A stretch of DNA of 63,960 nt, filler included, from Basidiobolus ranarum (taxonomy: Eukaryota), in assembly GCA_040143965.1 (NCBI GenBank). It is 3 parts of 3 records of this genome, joined end to end, with 100 filler letters (N's around TTAATTAATTAA, not from the genome) between each part and the next. Parts side by side here need not be neighbours in the genome. Positions count along the whole stretch, not along the records: positions 45,628 to 63,960 come from JASJQH010007154.1; 2 more parts are not named here. One strand, 5' to 3'. A model generated the notes under the pieces. That model was not told the origin of the DNA. It made no database searches and saw only the letters and a list, made by a program, of their open reading frames with translations. Below are positions 54,600-63,960 of this stretch, one piece after another (the stretch's first letter is position 1; each line of letters starts with the position of its first letter). Position numbers and translations under genes: made by a program.

Positions 54600-55270
54600 T
54601 GTACAAAAATTTGCTGCAATTTGGAGAAGTGCTGAGAAAACAGTGAAAATTGGTAAAAGTGTTCAATTGATATCTACATCAATTACAGCAATAAGCACAT
54701 GCTTTTGAATGCCTGAATTTAGTGCTAATCAGTCATTTTATCAACTAAGTAAATAATAGGTGTTCACCTGACTACAAACTTGCCAGATTTGCAATTATTT
54801 TATATTTTTCTTGAACCTAACATATATCTTGAAAATGTGACCTGTGCTTTAGCTAATAGTTTGGTCAAGATGTCAGCAATAATTTTTAGAAGAGCAATAG
54901 CTGAGACTGATTACATGATTTTCTATTGTTATTCAAACAAATTGATGAAATAATGTATGTTTTGGCTTAGCATGAAATGTATGGCTCTTAACTTAATGAA
55001 ATACAACTTGACTATCTTCAAATAGAGTAAAAGCATGTTTCACCAAATATCTTAAGTTGGTGAAAAACTTCCTTGACCACATAGCTTCTTGTATAGTAGC
55101 AGAGCCAGCTCTGCTTCTGTAGTGGAAAGTGCTACACTTGTTTACTTCTTGCTGCTCCAAGTTACTGCTTGTTTATCATGAGGAAGAGTGAACCCAGTTG
55201 ATGAACTTCTATCAGCAAAGTTTCTTCCAATATAAAAATAAACCACAATGCAATGTCCTGTTTTCTGTTG
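54600..55270 (-). mobile_element. Ty1/copia remnant D (RNase H plus 3' LTR fragment); a related LTR fragment lies in inverted orientation at about 54300-54415
   Basis: AVTWSSKK, ALSTTEAE, IADILTKLL; LTR-like AAAATTGGTAAAAGTG block. Confidence 0.8.
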
Positions 55271-55859
55271 AATAATAAGCTGGTACCTCAAAAAGAATAT
55301 ACTGGCTTCAATGTCTTTTGAGAATGACCAGAAAAAGGGTATATTCAATCACAACAACAGTAAACTGAGTCAGCAGGGTCTTGAACAAAGGTGCACAAGT
55401 AGTAACATACCTAAGGATAGAAACAAATTCTTTGCCTATGTGGAGAATGCAGGGGAAAATATACAAAGTATCAGAAAATATACACCTCCCTGTCAGTACT
55501 TTGTTTCAGCCAGTTAAGTCTTTGATAGACAATAGACCACTTTTGCTAGTAGTGTCTGTTGAGCTTTCTCTTCATAGGCCTATTGAGAAGTGATGAGAAT
55601 AATGAACAATCACAAGTAGTAATTTTTAGTTCAAAACCAGGTTTCTTTTTATTGAGAGAATATGACTCCTTGTACTTTTCTGCAGGTGGCAATGAATACA
55701 AATGTGAATTTTGACAAAGTTCCAGAGAATTCTATTGATGAGTATAGGAGGATATGATTTCATCATAAATCAGAAGATCAGTGGTACATGGAACATGCCT
55801 GAAGGTTGTAGAATAATTCAGAAACTCATGGAATATTCAGGCAAAATCAAGTTTTATTT

Positions 55860-56300
55860 GGTCAAAGTACAATCTTCCATTGCCTGCTAGTTTGTCATTT
55901 TTGTATGGGCCTCTCCATCAGTTGGCAAACTTTCTGCTCCATTGTTTGTCCACAGCGGAATCATATGCTAATATAGGGTCATCAACTTCTAATGGGTTTG
56001 CTTGGAAAGGATGGCAATAAATGCTCTTGTTTGGGTTAGTTGCTAGGTGCTGGTCTTGTGAAAAGCTGCTCAATCTTTGATGGTCTGGGTGTTTTTCCAT
56101 TGACGTCACATTTCTGCCTAACTGTGGATTTCTCTGGCTTTCCTAAGTCACTTTTCTCACCACTTATAGTGACTCCAGCCTTCTCAATTTTGGTCAAAAT
56201 CTGGTCATTGTCTTTAATTGGTCATATACAAATCATCTTGCTCCTTGGAATACTTCAGTCAAGTCCTTGTTATGTGACCCTTGATGGCAATGTGATCTAC
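55860..56300 (-). mobile_element. Ty3/gypsy integrase C-terminal fragment
   Basis: LEVDDPILAYD...SRKFAN*WRGPYK resembles the GPY/F module. Confidence 0.55.
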
Positions 56301-56304
56301 AAAT

Positions 56305-59300
56305 TGATAAAAGTGTTTAGGGGATTTGGAAGTATTTTGGACAAGATTTGGATTTGTGAATTAAACACTCAAGTTTTATTGAATTGATTATGTCCTATTT
56401 TAAGTTTACTATGAAATAGGACTATTGGACATGCTTAGATTGTAACAAACATGCCTGTTAAGCATGGGTGAAAATTTGAGGTGATTTGGAGAAGATTTGA
56501 GAAGATAGTGAAACTTGTTGAAAGTGATTTAATTAATATTTCTATCAATTAGAGCAATAAAAACAAGTTTTTGAATGACAGAATTGAGTGCTAAATAAAA
56601 AGAATATGAATAAACTAACTACTAAATAATGAGTTGCTATTTATCTAATTTTAAAATTCTTGCTCAACTGATTATTTTGTATTTCTCTTAAACCTAACTA
56701 ATATCTTAATAATGCAAATTGTGCCTTAGCTAAAGATATTAGCTATCATTTCCTCAGTAGGGCAATAGACAAGTTCAATTAAATCATTCCCTATTGCTTC
56801 TCTAACAACATGATACCTGATATCTATATGTTTTGTTCTAGTACAAATGTAGGGTTTTTAGCTAATGAAATACAACTTTGATTATCTTCAAATACAGTAA
56901 TAGCACATTTTTGCATGTATCCTAAGTCTGTAAATAATATCCTTAACCACATAGCCTCTTATGTAGTAGCAGAGGCAGCCATATACCCTGCTTTGGTAGT
57001 GGAAAGTGCTATGGTTGGTTTCTTCTCACCATTCCAAGTTATGGCTCCATTACCATGCAGAAAAGTGTACTCAGGCATTGATCTTCAATCATCAAGGTTT
57101 CTTGCCCAGTCTGCATCATAGTAGCCTTCAAAAATTTGTGCATCCGGAGTGGCATTGTATTGCAGAACTAGATCTACAGTTCCTCTCAAATACCCACATA
57201 TTTGTTTTATTGCAGTTTTGGGCTCAGATCCTGGTTTTTTCAGATATTGGCTGACAGTTCCCACTGCCACAGCAGTGTCTGGACCTGTTCCAACCACTGT
57301 ATACAATAAACTACCCACCATGGATGGATGGGGAACTCCTGGCTTTGATTTGAGTCATTTGGGCCAAATCAGATGAAGTTTTGATTCGTTTCACATTGGG
57401 ATCCATTGGTGTTGATACAGGCTTGCTATTCTCCATGTTGAAGTGTTGTAGGAAATCTAGGATGTATCTAGATTGATTCAGCATGATATTCTGATTGGTT
57501 TCATCCCTCTTGATTTGGATTCCACCGAAATAGCTTAATTCACCCACCTGAGCTGTCTGAAAGTGGCTTGATAAGCTGCTTCTTGTCTGATTTAGTGCTT
57601 CTAGATCATTTGTGGCTTTGATCAAATCATCCACATATAGTGCCAAGTTAAGGATCCTGTTTCCAGTTGCTTTGATGTAAATACTGTGATCTGCTGTGCT
57701 TTTTGGAATTCTGATGATTCTACATAGATATTTATCTTGTTCTACCATACCCTGGGTGCCTGCTTGAGTCCATATAGCAATTTTCGCAGTTTACAAAACA
57801 TATGAGGATGTTCTGGGTCAACAAATCCATCTGGTTGCTCCATATAGGTCTCTTCTTCAAGATTTCCATTCAGAAAGGCTGTTTTTACATTCATTTAATG
57901 TAGATCAAGGTTAAGGATGGATGAGAGTGCCAGGATTGATCCAATAGAGCTAAGCTAAGCTATTGGAGCAACAGTTTCATTAAAATCAACTCCTGGAGTC
58001 TGGGAAGAACCTTTTGTAACCAATGTTCCTTTGTACCTTTCTAGGGTTCTGTCAGCTTGATTTGTGACTTTGTTGACCCATTTGCAACCTATTGGCTTTC
58101 TCCCTGATGGAAGAGGACTTAAACCCCATGTTTTATTGTCCTGAAGGGAAGAAAACTCATCTGACATTGCTTTTTCCCATAATTTGGATTCTGGACACTC
58201 CAGAGCTTGATCTAGAGTCTGTGGCTTGTTGCAAAATGCTGTATATGCATATACATCATCATTGGAAGTGTTGCACCAGTTTTCTAGATCAAGAACTGTG
58301 AATTGAGGTGAAAATTTTGCTTTTTCATCAAAAATCACATCTCTGCACCTGATTAACTTTTGATTTTTGGTATTAAACAGTCTGTAGGCCTTGGATTCAT
58401 CACAGCAACCAAGATATATGCATTTTGGCTTTTAGGTTCCAATTAAGCAGTTTTGAGCTGGAATTAGGCAATATACTGTGCAACCAAAGATCCTGAGATG
58501 ATTCACACTTGGTTTTGATCCACATAGGGCTTCAAATGGAGTAGAATTTTGTAGTAATCTTGTTAGGCATCTGTTTTTGATATAGACAGCAGTGGGGACT
58601 GATTCAACTCAATATTGGTATTCAAACTTTTAATTATGTAGCATTGATCTTTCCATCTCCACTACAATCCTATTAGCACATTCTGCTACTCTGTTTTGCT
58701 GTGGAGTATAAAGTACAGTAGTGTGTTGCTTAATTCCATATTTAAAGCAAAAACTAGCAAAGTCTTTAGAATGGTATTGTCCACCATTATCACTCCTTGG
58801 TACCCTTTTTTTTGTGCTGATTCTTTCTCTACCATTGCTTTGTAGTACTTGAACAAAGTTAAGGCCTCAAATTTTGGTTTGAGAAAGAATACCCAAGTAT
58901 ATCTTGTTTTGTCATCAATAACAGTGAAAAGCACCTTTCCCACCTAGTGAGATGTTTGTCATGGGCCCACATATGTCAGAATGAATCAGGGCAAAATTCT
59001 GAGTGGATCAGATTTCTCCAGAGTTTGAAAATGGCTGTCTGTGATATGTTCCATATATGCAACCTTCATGCAGATCCATTTTAGTGATATTTCCAATTTG
59101 TTAGCCTGAAACAAGCTGATTTCAGATTATTTGGGTCAGTTTTTGTTCCCCAATGTGGCCTATTCTTCTATGCTACAGTTGACAGCTTGTTTCACCAGTT
59201 TTGGCCAAGTTTGCATGCTCAGAATGCAATTTGTTGCTTTCAAGCTTATCTAAGTTGTGAGTTTTGATCCCAGTTGCTAAGTCAATATTATTCTGAACTG

Positions 59301-59990
59301 TATAGTGCATCCATCCTCACTGAATACAAAATTTAGTCCTTCAGTTGTTGCTTGGCTTACTGAGCCAAGATTCTTAGCTATATTTGGTACATAGAGTATA
59401 TCATCTAATTTAGCAGATGGTGTAGCTGAATTTTGGTCTTAATTGAGTACAATTGTGCCCATACCAACTGCATCTAGTGTATAGTCATCAACTAAGTAGA
59501 CTTTCCTTGTTTGGATTGGTTTTGAGCTGGAAAACCAATCTTTCCTGTTTGACATATCCTGGGAAGCTCCTCAATCAATGTTCCACATTTCTGAGTCTTC
59601 TTTAGTAGTTACGGATAGGGCAGACACAAAGAGATGATCTCTATCAGTGCTTACTTGATTTGCTTGCTCCAATTTTAGCTTTTTGGCAAAAATCCATCAT
59701 CTGCAGTCTTGGATTAAATGGGCTGGTTTCTTGCAATACTTACAGACAATTAATTTCCTATTAGGGGCACTATTATTGAAGCCTGTTGGACATTTTACAG
59801 CTCCAAAAAGTGCCTATTCTGCAGTATTTTGCTGAGAATTAGATCTCCTTAATTCTTCATTCAAAAGCCTAGCACCAACATATTCTGTTGTTGATGGCTC
59901 TGATCTTGATTCTGGGGCAGTTATGAGGTTTACAAGCTTGTCTGGCAGGCTCCCAAATAGTGTCATGACTATACTATGTCATCTTCATTT
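56305..59990 (-). mobile_element. Ty1/copia element E, 5'-truncated (part of gag, PR, IN, RT, RH, 3' LTR 56305-56656)
   Basis: LYVDDLI, YYDADW, RKPIGCKWV, zinc knuckle CKYCKKPAHLIQDC; LTR homologous to those of B and A. Confidence 0.93.
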
Positions 59991-59994
59991 AGAG

Positions 59995-61120
59995 GTATCA
60001 CTATCTTGTTGTACCACGCCCTGGGTGCTTGCTTGAGTTCATTTAGCAATTAGTGCAGTTTACAAACTATATCAGTGTTTTTTGGGTCTACAAGTCCATC
60101 TGGTTGCTCCAAATAGCTCTCTTCTTCTAGATTTGCATGCTAAAAGGGTGCTTTTGCATAGATTTGATGTAAATTAAGGTTATGGACAGCTGATGGTGCC
60201 AGGATTGGTCCAATGGAGCCAAACATGACAACTGGAGAAAAAGTTTCATTAAAATCAACCCCTGTAGTCTGGGAATAACTTTTGCCACCAATCTTACTTT
60301 GTACCTTTATATGGCTCCATCAGCTTGGTTTTTGACTTTATAGACCCACTTGCAACTTATTGGCCTTCTCCCTGATGGCAGAGGACTTAAATCCAATGTT
60401 TTTTTGTCCTGCAGTGAAGAAGACTTACCAGGCATTACCTTTTTGCACAATTTTGATTCTGGGTGGTCCAGAGCTCAATCTAGATTCTGGGGCTTGTCAC
60501 AGAATGCTGCATAAGCATAAACATCATCAGTGGAAGTTTTTCACCAGTTTTCTGGCTTATTTTTCCTTCCGGATGCTCTTCTGGGTCCTGAATTATGATC
60601 TAGTTTTAGCAGTATGAGACTCAGATACAGCTGGAATTGTGTCAGACACTTCCAGATTAATGCTGCTAGTGTTTCCTGGATCAAGAACTGTATTTGAGGT
60701 GAAAAGTTTGCTTTCTCATCAAAAATCACATCGCTGCATTTTAATTAACTTCTGATTTTGGATATCAAACACTCAGTAGGCCTGAGATCAAACACATTCA
60801 GCAAAAAATATGCATTTTCTGCTTGTGGGTTCCAATTTAGAGCATTTTTGAGCTGTAATTAGGCAATGTAGTGTGCAACCAAAGATCCTGGGATGATCCA
60901 CACTTGGTATTGATCCATACAGAGCTTCAAATGGAGTAGAATTCCATAGCAATCTTGTTGGGCTTCTGTTTCTGATATAGATGGCAATGAAGACAGATTC
61001 TGCCCAATATTGACAATCTAACTTTTGATTATGTAACACTGATCTTGCAATCTCCATTATGGTCCTATTAGCATGTTGTACAACTCTGTTTTGCTGTGGA
61101 GTATAAGGTACAGGAGTTTG
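59995..61120 (-). mobile_element. Ty1/copia element A, 3' part (integrase C-terminal half, start of RT)
   Basis: MEIARSVLH..YWAESV..YIRNRSPT; ends exactly at GTTTG beside the B 5' LTR. Confidence 0.9.
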
Positions 61121-63960
61121 TGTTGAAATTAGGTAAGTAGAAACTCATTATTTAGTAGTTAGTTTATTCATATTCTGATTATTTAGTAGTCAATTCTGTC
61201 GTTCAAAAACGTGTGTTTCTTGATCTAATTGATAGAAATATCATTCAGATCACTTTTACCAATTTTCACTGTTTTCTCAAAACCTCTCCAAATCACCTCA
61301 AATTTTCACCCATGCTTAACAGGCATGTTTGTTATGATCTAAGCATATCCAATAGTCCAATTTCATATTAAACTATTAATAGGGCATATTCAATTCAATA
61401 AAACTTAAGCGTCTAATTCACAAATCCAAATCATGTCCAAAACACTTCAAAATCCCCTAAACAGTTTTATCAGGTTATGAGCCCCAAGCTAGCTTTTAAA
61501 GGAATATCTACAAGTACTATTACCAATGCTTTGCATCCACAGAGAAGTTTGATGGTGAAGACTTTCACCTTTAGAAGTTCAAGATGCAAATGGTGCTAGA
61601 AGACAAGGACCTTTGGGGATTTGTTACAGGAGAAGAAATATAGCCAAAGGGACCACCAGAAGCTACCCTTGCCTTTCACAAGAAGCAGAGGAAAGCACTC
61701 TCTACACATTGTGTACATCTCAGAGATTCTCAATTGAGGCAAATACAATCAGCCAAAAAACATCCAACATGCTTGGGAAACACTTGAGGGACTATATGAG
61801 ACTAAAAGTCTGGCTAATAGGCTATATTTCAGGTGAAATTTGTTCTCAGTTCAAATGAATCCTGATGATTCTATGCTTAATCATATAAATCAGATAAAAA
61901 CTATGGCAGATCAGCTCTCATCCATTGGAGCACCTCTAATTGAAGAGGACTTAGTCATGACACTACTTGGGAGCCTGCCAGACAAGTTTGGGAACTTCAT
62001 AATTGCCCTAGAATCAAGATCAGAGCCAATAACAATGGAATATATTGGTGCTAGGCTTTGAGTGAAGAGTTAAGGAGATCTAATTCTCAGCAAAATAATG
62101 CAGAATAGGCATTTTCTGGAGCTGTAAAACATCCAACAGGCTTCAATAATGGTGCCCCTATTAGGAAGTTGATCATCTGCAAGTATTGCAAGAAACCAGG
62201 CCATTTAATCAAAGATTCCAGAAAAAGGATTTTTGCCAAAAAGCTAAAATTGGAACAAGCAAATCAAGTAAGCACTGATAGAGATCATCAACCTGTGTCT
62301 GCCCTATCAGTAACCACTCATGAAGACTCAGGAACATAATACATTGATTCAGGAGCTTTGCAGCATATGTCAAACAGGAAAGTTTGCTTTTCCAGCTTAA
62401 AACCAATCCAAACAAGGAAAGTCTACTTAGGTGATGACATTGTTCTCAATGCAGTTGGTAAGGGCACAGTTGTAATCAATTGAGACCAAAAATTTAGCTA
62501 CACCATCAGCAAAATTAGATGATGTACTCTATGTACCAAATATAGCCAAGAATCTTTGCTTAGTAAGCCAAGCAACAACTGAAGGATTAAGTTTTGTGTT
62601 CAGTAAGGCGGATGCACTATCACAGATCAGAACAATACCAAATTTGCTACTGGGTTCAAAACTCAAAACTTATAAAAGCTAGAAATCAACAAATTACATT
62701 CTGGGCATGCAAACTTGGCCAAACTGCTGAAATAAGCTGTCAAACATGGCATATAAGATTAGGCCACAATGTGGAACAAAAACTTACCCAAATGATCCAA
62801 ATTCAGCTTGTTTCAGGCTTGGAAATTGGAAATATCACAAAATGGATCTGTGTGAAGGTTGCATATATGGAAAACATCACAGACAGCTGTGTTCAGGCTC
62901 TTGAGAGATCAAATCCAATCAGAATATTCCCCTGATTCATTCTGACCTATGTGGGCCCATGAAAAACATCTCACTGGGTGGGAAAAGGTACTTTATGACC
63001 TTTATTGATGACAAAAAAGATATACTTTGGTATTCTTTCTCAAATCAAAATCTGAAGCCTTAGCTATGTTCAAGCACTACATAGCAATGGTAGAGAAAGA
63101 ATCAGCACAAAAAATTAGGGTACTAAAGAGTGATAATGGTGGAGAATACTGCTCTAAAGACTTTACTAGTTTTTGCTCTAAACATGGAATTAAGCAAAAA
63201 ACTACTGTACCTCATACTCCACAGCAAAATGGAGTTTCAGAACGTGCTAATAGGACCATAGTAAAGAAGGCAAGATCAATGTTACATGATCAAAAGTTAG
63301 ATTTCCAATATTGGGCTGAATTTGTCTCCACTGCAGTCTATATCAGAAACAGATGCCCAACAAGATTGCTACAAAATTCCACTCCATTAGAAGCCCTATC
63401 TGGATCAAAACCAAGTGTGGATCATCTCACAATCTTTGGTTGCACAGCATATAGCCAAATTCTAGCTCAAAAATGCTCAAAATTGGAACCCAAAAGCAGA
63501 AAATGCATATTTCTTGGTACTGTGATGGATCCAAGGCCTACAGACTGTTTGACACCAAAAATCAGAAGTTAATTAAGTGCAGAGATGTGATTTTTGATGA
63601 AAAAGCAACCTTTCATCTGAAATCACAGTTCTTAATCCAGAAAACACCATCAGCACTATTCAAGAAGTGTCTGACAAAATTCCAGCTGTATCTGAGTCTC
63701 ATACTGCTAAAACTCCAGTCCCATTTACATCAGAGCGTAATTCAGGACCCAGAAGATCTTCCAGAAGGAGAATTAAGCCAGGAAACTGGTGGAACACCTC
63801 CAATGATGATGTATATGCTTATGCAGCATTCTGTGACAAGCCACAGACTCTAGATCAAGCTTTGGAGTGTCCAGAATCAAAATTATGGGAAAAAGCAATG
63901 TCAGATGAGTTTTCTTCACTTCAGGACAATAAAACGTGGGTTTTAAGTCCTCTTCCATCA
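61121..63960 (+). mobile_element. Ty1/copia element B, 5' half (5' LTR 61121-61472, PBS, gag, PR, IN, start of RT); runs off the window
   Basis: TGTTGA...TTATCA LTR; CKYCKKPGH; IDSGA; KSDNGGEY; PHTPQQNGVSERANRT; several stops and frameshifts. Confidence 0.95.
61473..61484 (+). promoter_or_regulatory. Primer-binding site complementary to the anticodon stem-loop of initiator tRNA-Met
   Basis: GGTTATGAGCCC directly after the LTR CA, the reverse complement of GGGCUCAUAACC. Confidence 0.85.

Overview
Intron-rich fungal genomic DNA, most consistent with an early-diverging lineage (inference: exomer ChAP gene, minor-spliceosome components, short 55-115 nt introns). Bases 1-44.9k are a gene-dense block: PCM1/AGM1, SRP receptor alpha, AP-1 mu, F-box, NDUFAF7-like, peroxiredoxin-5, a methyltransferase, NDUFV2, a 5'-truncated HIR1, a zinc-finger gene, CBK1, an S41 peptidase, an MFS transporter, a ChAP, a DM9 protein and GGPP synthase. 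A small retroelement patch and gap interrupt it at 21-24 kb. Bases 45.6k-64k are a CpG-poor nest of decayed Ty1/copia elements. The highlight, invisible in the ORF track, is a minor (U12-type) spliceosome module. A U12 snRNA gene (8882-9028) sits head-to-head with the AP-1 mu gene, whose first intron is a U12 GT-AG intron. The exomer ChAP gene has an AT-AC U12 intron, and an SRP101 intron may hold a nested out-of-frame AT-AC intron. Second highlight: the 18.3 kb copia block is circularly permuted. One nested element with a GTTTG target-site duplication has its 3' half at the block start and its 5' half at the window end, with only about 44 nt missing, pointing to a tandem macro-repeat, a circle or a self-overlapping contig. 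All exon boundaries were read by eye and no searches were run.
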